DNA of 64,000 nucleotides, from NCBI GenBank assembly GCA_951406725.2, contig OX597834.1, positions 868,001 through 932,000 of the forward strand, written 5' to 3'. The position numbers and the translations under genes are program-made. A model generated the notes under the pieces. That model saw only the letters and a list, made by a program, of their open reading frames with translations, was not told the DNA's origin and did not search any database. Of this stretch, positions 13,238-26,482 are shown one piece after another (within the stretch, counting starts at the first letter, position 1; each line of letters opens with the position of its first letter). This stretch comes from Octopus vulgaris (lineage: Eukaryota).

Positions 13238-14183
13238 CTTGGAGGGGTCGTCTGTCTGCCCTCATTTGGATGGGCTGTGCTGTGCTGGACATCAACACAG
13301 TATTCACAACCCTACAGTAGTGGATTAAGCATTGCTTTTTAATTAAAACTTGTAGTTTTTGTTCGAGGCATTAAAATACTGTGCAATTGATGCTTGTTTC
13401 TATGGTGTACGTATGTGAATTGTATAAACACAGATATTATATTATATTGCCTAAGAGACAAACTTTCTGTAGAAATGTTCCTATTTCTTTCAACCATTTC
13501 TCTATATCTTTACTTACTGTTTGCACTGCACAACTTATTGCAGGCACAACTTTTACAAATTCCAAATTGTAAGCGATTGTATTTTTCATCCTCTTTCTTT
13601 ACAATCCTCGAGTCAAACGTACCTCTTCTTCCACATAACATTCTTATGTGCGTCTCATTTGTCTATATATGCAACTATTTGCATGTCCACACACAACTGC
13701 ACAACTCTATACATATATGTGCCTATTTGTATATGTTTATATAGATTTTGTAGTATCTATTATGTATAGCAATGTGTTTCTATGTAATAACTTTTTTTCG
13801 CTGTATTGTGTATTTGTTTCGTTTTGTATCTAATCATTGTTATGAACCTTCTATATATAAAGGCAGTGTTGTGCATAGTACACCACCTGCACCCACGTTA
13901 GTGTATTTACGTGATATTAAACAATTTCTGAGGTGAACTTTGTAGTGTAATGGGTCAAATGGAGTTCTAGATAAATGGTTCCATGCTATGCATTTAGGCA
14001 CATAAATAACGAACTGTGTGTGTTTCTTGTGTGACTTCATATATTTGTTTCTCTCATCCTTAAGTCTTAAATTTCTTGGAGGGGTCTGTCTGCCCTCATT
14101 TAGATGAGCTGTGCTGTGCTGGACATCAACACAGTATTCACAACCCTACAGTAGTGGATTAAGCATGGCTTTTTAATTAAAAA
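13238..14183. repeat. ~110-bp direct repeat pair (13238-13348 and 14075-14183)
   Basis: cttggaggggtc...ctgccctcattt...ggacatcaacacagtattcacaaccctacagtagtggattaagcat...ttttaattaaaa occurs twice, ~840 bp apart. Confidence 0.85.
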
Positions 14184-14487
14184 TGTTTTTTTATTGCTCA
14201 GGAAGTACAAACTCTTCTCATACTGTATTGCATGGGTGTGCGTTTGTAAGTATGTATGTATGTATGCATACATATTCATGTGGAACAGGACAAGCAGGTA
14301 TTATCAATGTTATTTGGTGATATTTAATTGTAAAAGTGCTCCGCTTTTCACCTTCAAATCCCAAGGTCAACTTTCTGTTTCATACCTCCAATGTGGATAA
14401 AATAATAATGAACTGTTTCCTCACTTTAAAACATTTATAGTCATGTACACATGTCATCTATGAAATTTCTATTCCTCTCTTTTTTAG

Positions 14488-14567
14488 ATTGTAAAGATGT
14501 CTATACAACACTTAGAAATCCATCAAGGTTTGTTTTCGAGGGCGTGTCTCATTGCACAGGTAAATAA
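14488..14567 (+). CDS. Probable next (possibly last) coding exon of paralogue 1
   Basis: Strong acceptor ttcctctcttttttAG at 14486-14487; phase compatible with exon 3938-4084. Encodes (D)CKDVYTTLRNPSRFVFEGVSHCT, then either a GTAAAT donor at 14560 or read-through to GK-stop at 14565-14567. Confidence 0.6.
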
Positions 14568-14868
14568 TTATGCTATAGCAGTAATTGTTCATCATTTTAC
14601 CACAAACAGATGTAAAACAGAAACTATATAAAATTGTAACACAGTGACATTTCTTAAATTTCTTTCATTTATTTTGATTTTTATATTCTTTCACTGGTTT
14701 TATTCACTGAAATTTGACAATTCTTGGGCATTAAGAAGTACTCTGGCAGATATATAGGGCAAACAACCAACACGTATCAATATCACACAGCCTAATCATA
14801 ACATTTCTCTAGTACTCCTATCCCAATAAGCACACACACACACACACACACACAGGAACTGGTGTATA

Positions 14869-14901
<33 letters not shown>

Positions 14902-15194
14902 GAAATAATTAAGATTCATTTGAGGCACCAGGTCAGTCCAGTATTATCTGCACAGCTCGAAGTAAGGTGAATAAAATCAAAATAAGTAACAGGATGTGCA
15001 ATACGACCATTTCAAGTGGTTCCATTTAATTGAACAATGCAAGCATTATATCAATTTAAATACTCTGCTGTCTTCAGTTGCAATAAACATGGGTTTTCAA
15101 CAGACAAGATATATTAATATAATTTTTCTCAAACATTTTGCCAGAAATAATTTCATGCTGCCACTATTGCAGCATGAATAATCTAGACTCAGCA

Positions 15195-15360
15195 ATTGAC
15201 ACCCTGGTCTCGCGCCATTTCCGCTCTAGTGGTCATTCACTACAACACCTATCTGTGTTCGGATTGTCTTTGCACAGAATCCATCCAGACTCCCGTCCTC
15301 GCCATGAACAAGAATTAATCTTCTCTCTTCATTCTTTTGCCCCACATGGGCTCAACTCTC
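15195..15360 (+). mobile_element. Penelope-like element GIY-YIG C-terminal remnant
   Basis: VSRHFRSSGHSLQHLSVFGL...RHEQELIFSLHSFAPHGLN matches the typical PLE endonuclease end (VA.HF...GH...EQ..I..L.T..P.GLN). Confidence 0.7.
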
Positions 15361-15879
15361 CTCCTCTCCTCTTTTTATCTGACACCTACTTCCTCTCTTC
15401 ATTAACACCCCTTCCACCCACACCCCATTCCCACATACCCCACTCTTACCCCCACACCTCCAACCACACCCACATCCTATATATATATATATATATATGT
15501 AGTCCGAGAGAAATACAAATACATTTATACGTACATAAACACATACGAGATACATTATTTATATTAAATTATAATTGAATATTATAATGTAATATAGTAT
15601 ATATAAGGTCTTGCTGAAGCCATCATTTCTTGGTGATACCCTGCTACTCCTGGTAGATAACACTTTGAGCCACACAGGTAACAACCCTCCAACAACCCAT
15701 TATTCTGTTTGGGTAGTCACTGCTCGTGAGGTATTTACGAGTTCAAAGTTCAGAGTGCAAATCTACTTCAACATTTTTAAATTACCTTTTATAGCATAAA
15801 GAGAAAAGTTTGGGTCTATATGTTCACATGCCAGCACCCTGACATGATGTTAAAGAGAGCAGTTGAAATGAAATAGTTC

Positions 15880-16640
15880 TATCTTAGCATTGTAATGTGA
15901 GGTGAGTATGATTTTTATAGAGGATGGATAGCAGGGGACTAAGCTTTGGGTGGATTTTGACAATTCTATTGAATATTTTCCAGATCATACAAATGATATT
16001 GTGCTCACGGCATTTGTGGGAATAAAGTTTGAGTTTCTTGAGATGATTCCAATAATCAATACCTGTAATGTGGTCTGGGTTTCTTTTTTGTGATTGATCT
16101 CTGAGATGCTCCAATTTTTATAATATTTTGTTTCATGTAGGGAGATCACAACAGACAACATTTTTCAAAGTGAGGACGAGCAAAAGTGGAGAGGAAAAAG
16201 GTAATGATAGGAAAATCTCTTTACAAAAAAGTCCTGAGAATACAAGAGCACACCCTTCGGAACATGTTGACTTTGTTGTTTATATGAGCACTCCAGCTTA
16301 AGTTACTGTCGCCAGTTATTCTGAGGTCCCTATGGGTACTTGATATCATGAGGTTTTCACCTGAGGAAAGAGTGTATTGTAGTTTAAGTGCAGCCTCTAT
16401 TGAAGTCGATTAATTCGAATTTAGCTGCATATTTTTTTTGCCCGTTGCATAACTGCGAGAAGATCTGTTTGGAGATTAGTTCAGTTTCCTGTCCTGTTGA
16501 CGAAAGAAATTGTAATACTGCTGTTTCATGATATCAATGTAATTGGTGTAAGTAACGAAAAGGAGTGGGCTCAATATGGTGCCTTGTGAAACTGCACTCA
16601 ATAGCCGTAGATCCGTAAACGAGCTTTCAAAAGCAAACTA
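15880..16640 (-). mobile_element. Highly degraded CR1-group LINE RT fragment
   Basis: Minus strand QGTILSPLLF near 16560-16590 and YWNHLKKLKLYS in ORF 15884-16114. Confidence 0.6.
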
Positions 16641-16834
16641 CAAGTTTCATACTTAAACTGAATCTGTGTACGTGTGTATATGTCTGTACACATTTAGTTT
16701 AATTTGGGCAAAAACCTTGAAATGCGCTCTTTAAAGCTTGTATGCTTCATGTCATCTACCACATGCTAATTCCATCTCCTTGAATAATCTAATGGTATGG
16801 GAATGTATGTGGAACTCCTTTATGTTCAAGATGA

Positions 16835-16875
<41 letters not shown>

Positions 16876-18003
16876 TACAACTGGAAAACTACTATAAAAT
16901 AACCACCATAGGACTGCAAAAATATCTACTTCAGAAGGAAGGAAAACTGATACAAATAGCGGCAAAACACAAGCAAAACAAAAAACTGTTCTCAGTATTT
17001 AAGGAAGCTGACAAATACAAACAAGAAATCATACCACCTAATAAATATGAAGACGAAGAAGAAGATGAAGAAACAACAAAAGCTATAAAACAAATGAAAT
17101 CCAAACTAAAAATAGAACAGCAACAAACCATGATAAAACGATGGCAAGAAAAGCCCCTTCATGGTAAATACTGCACTAAACTAAACGCAAAAGAAATAGA
17201 CAAAGAAAAATCCCAGCAATGGTTGAGAAGCTCAGGACTCAAAGCAGAAACAGAGGGATTTTTAATTGCAGCACAAGACCAAAGCCTCCCCACCAGAAAT
17301 TACCAAAAACATGTAATGAAAAGAAATATAACAAGTAACTGCGGAATATGTGGAGATGGACAAGAAACAATAAATCATATTATCTCTAGCTGCCCAGTCC
17401 TGGCTAAGAAGGAATATATTCACAGACATGACAGAGTTGGAACCTACATACATTGGAAGCTATGCCAACATTATGGAATAACAACAGAAAAAAGATGGTA
17501 TAGGCACACACCAGAAAAGGTCACAGAAAACGAGAAAGCAACCATACTCTGGGATATGCCGATACACACTGATAGAGAAATTAAGGCCAACAGGCCAGAT
17601 ATAGTTGTCAGAGATCATGAAGAAAAAAAATGCTTTCTAATTGATGTATCAATACCGGCAGATGACAACGTGTCTCTAAAAGAAATGGAGAAACTCTCAA
17701 AATACAAAGACCTGGAAATAGAGGTAACCAGAATGTGGAATCTGAAAACAGAAACAATTCCTATCATAATAGGTGCATTAGGCATGATAAAAAAATATTC
17801 AGACAAATACATAACAAAAACACCAGGACTTACAAACACATATAACATACAGAAAATTGCACTACTAGGCACTGCACACATCCTACACAGAACACTTTCC
17901 ATACAATAACCATCAGAGCATCACAACAAATCACAACACATACCCAAGGCACACAGAGCTGCGCTCGGTAGTGAAGTGAAAGCACGCTATAAAAATAAAA
18001 CTA

Positions 18004-18006
<3 letters not shown>
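16876..18006 (+). mobile_element. 5'-truncated, little-diverged Dong/R4-type RLE LINE inserted in (TAA)n
   Basis: Uninterrupted frame with CCHC (CGICGDGQETINHIISSC), RHD, PD..D..K endonuclease motifs and IQKIALLGTAHIL; (taa)n on both sides; its 3' UTR recurs inverted at ~31075-31190. Confidence 0.92.
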
Positions 18007-18043
<37 letters not shown>

Positions 18044-18143
18044 TAACACGAGGGTGGGAAAGCATAGGCTTTGATTATGCATTGCAACATATGGTTCTTC
18101 ACTATACAACATCATTTGGTGGGAATTTTTCATATTCATGTAA

Positions 18144-18960
18144 TCTTATTAAAACTGAAAATGTTTGTGTGTATTGGTATGTCCTCATTTTGCGCCAAAA
18201 CGGCTTGACCGATTTTTCTTAAACTTTACACCCACATTGCTTATGAGTCTGGGGAGGTTTTAAGTATAAATTGATTTCGAAAAATGTTCAGGTAAACGGC
18301 AGGAGGAATAACATTTGGGAATAGTTGGATGGTAGGCGTTCCTTCGTAAATTAAGGTTTTTAAGCTTCCAAGGGAAATAACCTATTCCCTCCTTTGTAAA
18401 TTATTTGGTAAAAATGAAATTGAATATACTTATTTCTTAGTATTTGAATTATTTTAGTTATTTTCTCAGTTTGTCCAGTACAAGGCTTAAACAAGTTAAA
18501 AGTATTCTCCTAAACAATAGATCCACTTATTTTGGTTAGTGACTTATTCACGAATATACCAACTCTAGCGCTGCTGAGGGTAATATTCTCTGGGAATGCA
18601 CAAAAGCTTTCTTTGTTAATTACTTTGAATTCTTATTATCTCATATCTGATTAGCATGTTGTTGCATAACATGTTTCACGATTTTAGTATACATACCTTA
18701 TTAGTATTTTCTCCTAAGTTCTATATACTCTGGGAAGGCATTAAAGCCCTTTCTGGGGCCACTTTATTTGAATTCTTACTATCGGGTACCTAATTTCATG
18801 TTATTACATAACTGACTTCACAATTTCATAACTTATTAGGAATTCCTAAAAACAAGATCCTTTGTAAGACAGTTCAGTATTCTCAATAAATATACAAAAA
18901 CCGTTTTAAGGGCTACTTACATTGTACTGTTACTAGATTCTGCTTTCCTAGGAATTACTG
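18144..18960 (+). mobile_element. Possible non-autonomous Helitron-like element with degenerate ~140-bp internal repeats
   Basis: Starts A|TCttattaaaactgaaaatgtttgtgtgt...aaaacggcttgaccgattttt; tctgggaa...tttgaattctta block repeated at ~18588 and ~18728. Confidence 0.4.
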
Positions 18961-18974
18961 GGCATGTCACCTGG

Positions 18975-19016
<42 letters not shown>

Positions 19017-19059
19017 TATGTATGTATGTATATGTATATATATCAGAAGGCTTTCTCAT

Positions 19060-19420
19060 AGGTGCTGGAGTGGCTCTGTGGTCAGTAGCTTACTTACCAA
19101 CCACATGGTGCCAGGTTCAGTCCCACTGTGTGGCACCTTGGACAAGTGTTTTCTACTATAGCCTCGGACCGACCAAAGCTTTGTGAGTGAATTTGATAGA
19201 TGGAAACTAGTAGAAGCCCATCATATATGTATATGTGTATATATATTTGTGTGTCTGTGTTTGTCCCCACCAACATCGCTTGACAGCCGATAGTGGTTCA
19301 GCAAAAGAAATCGATAGAATAAGTACTAAGCTTACAAAGAATAAGTTCTGGAGTTGATTTGCTTGACTAAAGGCGGTGCTCCAGCATGGTCAGAGTCAAA
19401 TGACTGAAACAAGTAAAAAG
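19060..19420 (+). mobile_element. tRNA-derived SINE
   Basis: Homologous to 7581-7971 in the opposite orientation. Confidence 0.85.
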
Positions 19421-19594
19421 ACTATGTGTGTATATGTATATATACACATACACACACACATATACTTTTTACTCTTTTACTTGTTTCAGTCATTTGACTG
19501 CGGCCATATACATAGAGATGTGTGTGTGTGCATACATATATATATATATGTGTGTGTATGTGTATATATATATATATGTGTGTGTGTATGTGTG

Positions 19595-19642
<48 letters not shown>

Positions 19643-19699
19643 GGTATATATACATGCTTTCAATGCAAATGGTTTTGTTATACGAGGCCGTATTTTACA

Positions 19700-21870
19700 A
19701 TCATCATCATCATCATCTTCGTTTAGCGTCCGCTTTCCATGCTAGCATGGGTTGGACGGTTCAACTGGGGTCTGGGAAGCCAGAAGGCTGCACCAGGCCC
19801 AGTCTGATCTGGCAATGTTTCTACAACTGGATGCCCTTCCTAACGCCAACCACTCCGTGAGTGTAGTGGGTGCTTTTTATGTGCCAGATGAGGCTGGCAA
19901 ACGGCCAAGATTGGATGGTGCTTTTTACATGCCACTGGCACGGGGCCAGGCGACGCTGGCAACGGCCACAATCGGATGGTGCTTTTTATGTGCCACCAGC
20001 ACGAGGCCAGTCGGGGCGGCGCTGGCAACGGCCACGTTCGGATGGTTCTCTTACGGACCACCGGCACTGGTATCACAGCTGCAATTTCCATTGAAGTTGA
20101 TTGATTTCGATTCTCACTTGCCTCAACAGATCTTCACAAGTAGAGTTTTGTGTCCCAAGAAGGAAAGGCATGCATAAGTGGACTGGCTACATCCCAGGTA
20201 GAGGCCACGGTTATGGTCTCACTTGTCCTGCCGGGTCTTCTCATGCACAGCATACTTCCAAAGCTCTCGGTCTCTAGTCATTTCGTCAGTGAGACCTAAA
20301 GTTCGAAGGTCGTGCTTCACCACCTCGTCCCAGGTTTTTCTGGGTCTGCCTCTTCTACGGATTCCCTCAACCGCTAGGGTGTGGCACATTTTCACACAAC
20401 TATCTTCATCCATTCTTGTCACATGACCATACCAGCACAAAGGTCTCTCTTGCACACAACTGATGCTTCTTAGGTCCAGCTTTTCTCTCAAGGTACTTAC
20501 ACTCTGTCGAGTATGAACACTGACATTACACATACATTGGAGCATACTGGCTTCATTTCTTGCAAGCTTACGCACATCCTCAGCGGTTACGGCCCATGTT
20601 TCACTGCCATGTAGCATGACTATTCGTACACATGTGTCATACAGTCTGCCTTTTACTCTGAGCGAGAGGCTTTTTGTCACCAGCAGAGGTAAGAGCTCTC
20701 TGAACTTTGCCCAAGCTATTCTTACTCTAGCAGTTACACTTTCAGCACACCCGCCCCCGCTACTGACTTGGTGACCTAGGTAACGGAAGCTATCAACTAT
20801 TTCTAGTTTTTCTCCCTGGAATGTGGCAGAAGTTGGTCTCAGAGCATTTTCAGTGTTTATTGCTCCTGAGCATCTGCCACAAACAAAAACTATCTTCCTA
20901 GTTAGCCTTCCTTTGACATTGCTGCACCTCTTATGTGTCCATAGCTTACACTTGGTGCATCTTATAGAGTCTCTACCTACACCTTTTCTACAGATCGAGC
21001 ATTGCCATCTACCTTAAGGCGTTTGTGATTTATCTACCTTCTTACTTATTAGGACTTTGGTTTTAGCTAGATTGACTCTAAGGCCCTTCGATTCTAATCC
21101 TTGCTTCCACACTTGAAACTTTTCCTCCAGTTCTGATAATGACTCAGCAATTAGAGCAAGGTCATCAGCATAGAGGAGCTCCCAGGCGCATCCTGTCTTG
21201 AATTCCTCCGTTATTGCCTGGAGGACTATGATAAATAGAAGGGGGCTGAGGACTGAGCCTTGGTGGACCCTTACCTCTACCCGGAATTCTTCACTGTACT
21301 CGTTGCCAACCCTCACCTTACTAGCGGCGTCCTTGTACATGGCTTGCACAGCTCTCACTAACCATTCATCTATCCCTAGTTTCCTCATTGAGCACCAGAT
21401 AAGGGATTGTGGGACCCTGTCGAAGGCTTTCTCCATGTCAACAAAAGCCAGGTACAGGGGCTTATCTTTGGCTAGGTATTTCTCCTGCAGCTGCCTTACC
21501 AGGAATATAGCATCAGTGGTACTTTTCCCTGGCACGAAACCAAACTGCATCTCATCTAAACTAACTCTCTCTCTAATTAGTTGGGCTATGACCCTCTCCG
21601 TAACCTTCATTACCTGATCCAACAGCTTGATACCTCTGTAATTATTTGTATCTAGAGCGTCACCTTTACCTTTGTAGCAGTTGACTATTATGCTGCTACA
21701 CCAGTCATTAGGTATGACTCCTTCATGTATCACCTGATTAACTATACAGGTGAGTAACCGACACTACCAGATAATTTGAGCATCTCTGCAGTGATTCCTG
21801 ATGGGCCTGGGGCTTTCCCTGTCTTCATGCTTCTAATTGCCTTAACTACCAAGGAACTGTCAACTCGGAT
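19700..21870 (-). mobile_element. 5'-truncated RTE LINE (RT domain, 3' UTR and tail)
   Basis: ORF 21014-21733 (YRGIKLL, QFGF.PG.STTDAIF, D.EKAFD, QGSVLSPLLF, YADD) and ORF 20219-20680; (atc)n tail at 19700. Confidence 0.93.
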
Positions 21871-22173
21871 CCTGTAAATAATAATAATGGTATTTTTATA
21901 TAAGCTCAAAGTTTATGGCGTTCACCATCCAATTACTTAGGAAAATAGTCTAATAATGTCGACAGACAAAAGTAGGCTTTCCCATCCGCGTGTGAAGGTA
22001 ACACACTTAGTCATGTTAACAACGGAATGTGGGTTCACATCCCACGCTGATGGGAAAGCCTTCTTTTTTCTGTTGAGGGCATATATGCCCCATGATTAGA
22101 CTATTTTCCTTAGACATTGCATGGTGAACGGCTTTAAGCTTATATAAAATACCATTATTATTCTTTACAGGAT
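21869..22173. mobile_element. Fold-back MITE with long imperfect inverted arms
   Basis: atcctgtaaa-aataataatggtatttt-tataagct...ggaaaatagtctaat...aggctttcccatc mirrored by gatgggaaagcct...attagactattttcc...agcttatataaaataccattattatt-tttacaggat. Confidence 0.75.
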
Positions 22174-22253
22174 TGTAAAATACGGTGCCATATAATAAAG
22201 CCATTCACACCGAAAGCATATGTCTATCTATCTATCTATATATATATATATGC

Positions 22254-22537
22254 TTATTATAGCCTCAGGCTGATCAAAACCTTGTGAGTGGATTTCGTAC
22301 TCGGAACTGTCGTATATACGTAGATTTGTGTATGTGTGTGCCTGTGTCTTGTGTTTCTACTCCCACCATTGCTTGACAACTGATGTTGCTGTGTTTACAT
22401 TCCTGTAACTTAGCGGTTTGGTAAAAGACACTGACAGAATGAGTACTAGGCTTACAAAGAATAAATCTTGTGGTTGGTTGATTCGACCAGCAGCGATGCT
22501 CCATCATGGCTGCAGTCACATGACTGAAACAAGTAAA
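22254..22537 (+). mobile_element. 5'-truncated SINE copy
   Basis: Homologous to the 3' two-thirds of 19060-19420. Confidence 0.75.
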
Positions 22538-22747
22538 GCAATGAAAATCTATGCCATTTTAATCCCAAGCAAGGCCAGGTATCTCTCAATAATAATACAT
22601 TTGGATACTTTTTTAGCTTCATAGCTAGTGTGGATGCTTCTTCAAACAGGGTACAACTAAAGAACTATTACCGAGATTCGCAAGGAGCCATGAAAGCATC
22701 AATTTGTGAGTTCGATTCTGTCTGAGATTAGCTCCTCATTTTTTCAG

Positions 22748-23175
22748 TCATCATCATCATCATCATCATCATCATCGTTTAACGTCCGTTCTCCATGCTA
22801 GCATGGGTTGGACGGTTCGACCGGGGTTCTGGGAAGCCAGAAGGCTGCACCAGGCTCCAGTCTAATCTGGCAATGTTTCTACAGCTGGATGCCCTTCCTA
22901 ACGCCAACCACTCCGTGAGTGTAGTGGGTGCTTTTTACGTGCCACCTGCACAGGTGCCAGGCGAGGCTGGCAACGGCCACGGTCGGATTGGTGTATTTTA
23001 TGTGCCACCGGCACGGAAGCCAGTCGAGGCAGTGCTGGCATCGGCCACGAGTCGGATAGTGCTTTTTACGTACCACCAGACCAGGGATCCTGGCTGGTTC
23101 AATTCGGTTTCGATTTCGATTGCCCCAACATGTCTTCGCAAGCAGAGGGGGTTGGCATGGGTGTCTGTCGTCGGA
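22748..23175 (-). mobile_element. RTE 3' UTR-derived short element
   Basis: (atc)n plus gtttaacgtccgttctccatgctagcatgggttggacgg, shared with RTE 3' ends; a related copy lies at 45808-46105. Confidence 0.85.
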
Positions 23176-23361
23176 TATTTGTTTATATTTTAATTGTCTC
23201 TTCAAATCAGAGAATGAATTTCATTATGATATATATTATATACAGTTATTATACAGTTATCTATATACACACATATATATAGGTATGTGTGTGTGTATGT
23301 ATATATATATATATATATATAAATATATATACATATATATAATATATATATACATATATGC

Positions 23362-23400
<39 letters not shown>

Positions 23401-23425
23401 TATATACATATATATAATATATATA

Positions 23426-24389
23426 TCAGTGCTTGGGCCCTTGTTGTTCTTAGTCTTCATAAATGACTTGCCCGACGACCTCACGCAACACACCCTTCTA
23501 TTTGCCGACGATATCAAACTGGTCGCTCCTCGCGGTAGTATAGAGGATCTTCGTCGATGCCTCCACCAAATTTGGAAGTGGTCTAACGATTGGGACCTGT
23601 GTCTGAACGTGTCAAAGTGCTGTCATCTGCCTGTCGGCTCTACTCCTGCAACTCAACTTGATTTCGAGCCGGGTCGTCTGCTGCTGGAGAGGACCGATCA
23701 GGTAAAGGACCTGGGTATCTTGGTGGATTCCTCCTTTTCGCCTTCGGCCCAGTGCGTCCATGCTGCCAACAAAGCGCGCGGAATTCTGTTTTTGATTCGA
23801 CGGTCATTCGGAATGCTCACAGCAGCCATATTCCTGCCACTCTATGTCACGCTGGTGAGACCCATATTGGAGTATGGGATTCAAGCCTCTTCTCCTTATC
23901 TCCTCAAAGACATACAGCACCTCGAAAGAGTCCAGAGGCTGGCTACCCGCATGGTTCATGGTCTCAAAAATTTGTCCTACAAAGAAAGGCTGCGGACGCT
24001 CGACCTTTATTCTCTTGAAAAACGCCGCCGCCGTGGTGATCTCATTCTCGCCCACAACATCATAAGCGGGAAGTGTAACCTCTCGAAAGAGCTGTTCTTC
24101 ACTCCTGCTCCGGAGCGTCGGCTGCGGGGTCATTCCGAAAAGCTCTACCTGCGACGATTTCATCTCAATCGAAGGAGAGGAGCTTTCTCCGACGGGTTGC
24201 GGATCCGTGGAACAAGCTGCCAGACGAGATGGTGAAGATGCCGACGACCGCTTTGTTAAAAGCCTCCCTGGACCTCAAGTGGACTGAACTCTTTACATGA
24301 ACACCACCCTGTACTTAACTCCATGTCCCCCTACATGGCCTTGCTATTTGCTTTTGAGCCAAATTAACTAACTAACTAACTAACTAACA
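23426..24389 (+). mobile_element. 5'-truncated CR1-group LINE 3' end with (TAAC)n tail
   Basis: [30 protein letters not shown]; near-identical to 34914-35876; tail taactaactaac at ~24364-24389. Confidence 0.92.
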
Positions 24390-24689
24390 TTACATGAAAC
24401 TCACAGCTTCTAAATATGTTGTACACAAGAAATTAGCCTTGTCACACTTCATGAAAATTACAATACTGATAGCAGACATACGATAATGAATAACATGTCC
24501 CCCTATGCAAACCCTATGAAACAAGGTAACATATATAGAACTTCATACACTGCATGCAATTCTCTGGGTATGACCAGAAAGATATGACTTGTGTATATAG
24601 GGGAGCTAGAAGGTAATTAGATAACATTACATGTGATGAAGCCAGTGGTACCCACCCTAGATACAAATGTAAAAACTGGAATAGTAAAC

Positions 24690-25040
24690 AGGATTAGTGA
24701 CAAAGCAAAAAGAGTGAACACATGGTACAGGGCTGACAAATACCAAGGGGTGATGTTTGTAGAGGCCACATCTTATGGGGAATCAGCCTGTAGATTCAGG
24801 AAGGTTCTAAAGGAGATCAGACTCAGTGTTGAGATCGTTGAGAAGACAGGTGGCTCCATCAGATTGCAGTTATGTAGGACGAAGACCCTTCGGAAATACC
24901 ACATGCATTAATGAGAACTGCGCAGTATGTAAGATTAACCCCTGGCATTAACTGTAAAATTAGAAATGTAGTCTACAGCATAAGGTGCGAAGAAGGTTCT
25001 TGTAAGGACAAAAACACGGCATACATTGGAGAGATCTCTA
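24690..25040 (+). mobile_element. Penelope-like element linker/GIY-YIG remnant (mirror copy ~34262-34612)
   Basis: VMFVEAT...VEKTGGSI..QL, then C.VC...NCKIRNVVYSIRC...YIGE across frameshifts. Confidence 0.65.
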
Positions 25041-25610
25041 GAAGTAGATGTAACTTTTTTTTCCAATCATTCGCCATGCTGGATTGCTGAAATCTACAAG
25101 TTTTTTAATTCTCCTTTTCATCTGTTTATTTTCTCTTATTCCTTTCTGTTGAAGAGCATAGGCTCAAAACGTAAAAAACTTGTTCATTTTCCCGAGTGTC
25201 AAACTAATATTATATATATATGCGTGTGTGCGTGCGCATGTGTGTGTGTGTGTGCAATAAAATACACACATAGACTCTCAGCTAATACTACTATGGATCA
25301 CGCTGCCTAAATTGTTTAGTAGCGACTAAAGAAGTATTAGTCCTCATTCTGTATATCATAATTAACGCAGATATTCTATTGTAAGCCTAGAAACTGTGAT
25401 ATTTGTCTTGACAGAGTAGACCTTATATACATTTAAGACATAGTTTTAAAAAGTAGTGCTTTTACAAAACAAATTGTAGTATTTTTCGTTATAGCTTCAA
25501 ATACAAATAGGTATCTGGCCTAAATTCCTGGTTTGTATCTTCCAACATTGTCGTAATCAGGCCAAGACTGATCGACAGAATTATGTGCACGCACACACAC
25601 ACACACACAC

Positions 25611-26404
25611 ATAGATATTTAGGTTCTATCTCCCTTACAGGGCTGATTAGAAATTGGCTGCCGGTTCTTCGCGGGGTTTCTCTCCCCCTCTTTTCACATT
25701 GTCTGTCTGGACTCCTCTTCCTACTCCTCGACATGGCCATGCATACTTAAGCTAGTAACCTGCCTCACTCTTGATTCCGAACTCCTTTTGCCAAGTCTGT
25801 CCGTAAACGAAGTGATCCCAAGATAAGAAATCTTTGAACTTTAATTCATCCGTATCTCTATTTATTATTATTATTTATTAATTATTATTATTCTGATCCC
25901 CCTAGTCGCCACTCTGTTTACTATTTCAGCCTCGCCTCGTTTTTGCATATTCTGTATAATTCACTAGTTATCGTTATAGATATTTAGGTTCTATCTCCCT
26001 TACAGGGCTGATTAGAAATTGGCTGCCTGTTCTTCGCGGGGTTTCTCTCCCCCTCTTTTCACATTGTCTGTCTGGACTCCTCTTCCTACTCCTCGACATG
26101 GCCATGCATACTTAAGCTAGTAACCTGCCTCACTCTTGATTCCGAACTCCTTTTGCCAAGTCTGTCCGTAAACGAAGTGATCCCAAGATAAGAAATCTTT
26201 GAACTTTAATTCATCCGTATCTCTATTTATTATTATTATTTATTAATTATTATTATTCTGATCCCCCTAGTCGCCACTCTGTTTACTATTTCAGCCTCGC
26301 CTCGTTTTTGCATATTCTGTATAATTCACTAGTTATCGTTATAGATATTTAGGTTCTATCTCCCTTACAGGGCTGATTAGAAATTGGCTGCCGGTTCTTC
26401 GCGG
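25611..26404. repeat. 365-bp tandem repeat, ~2.2 copies (mirror ~32900-33691)
   Basis: atagatatttaggttctatctcccttacagggctg starts at 25611, 25976 and 26341. Confidence 0.93.
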
Positions 26405-26482
26405 CGCGCCCGCCCTACCCACCCCCACCACCAATACCGGATATCTCTATTTTGCTCCAACTATACCGGATGTCGTTTCTCC

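Noticed and set aside
15607-15650. Hammerhead relic after the Penelope fragment
   Set aside because: The core is too degenerate (ttgctgaag...gatac) to support a call.
16797-16875. Poly-Asn N-terminus of the 370-aa ORF
   Set aside because: It is the (TAA)n target microsatellite upstream of the truncated Dong-type LINE.
19376-19860. Cys/Tyr/Ile/Val-rich ORFs
   Set aside because: Translations of (TA)n/(TG)n/(CA)n microsatellites.
23120-24235. 371-aa ORF as a novel fusion protein
   Set aside because: The N-terminal part is translated (TA)n/(TG)n microsatellite that happens to be in frame with a truncated CR1 RT.
25142-25177. Minimal hammerhead-like motif (cttt-ctgttga-a-gagc-atag-gctc-aaaac-gta; mirror ~34125-34160)
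   Set aside because: Two core substitutions (CUGUUGA, AAAA for GAAA); at best a dead relic.
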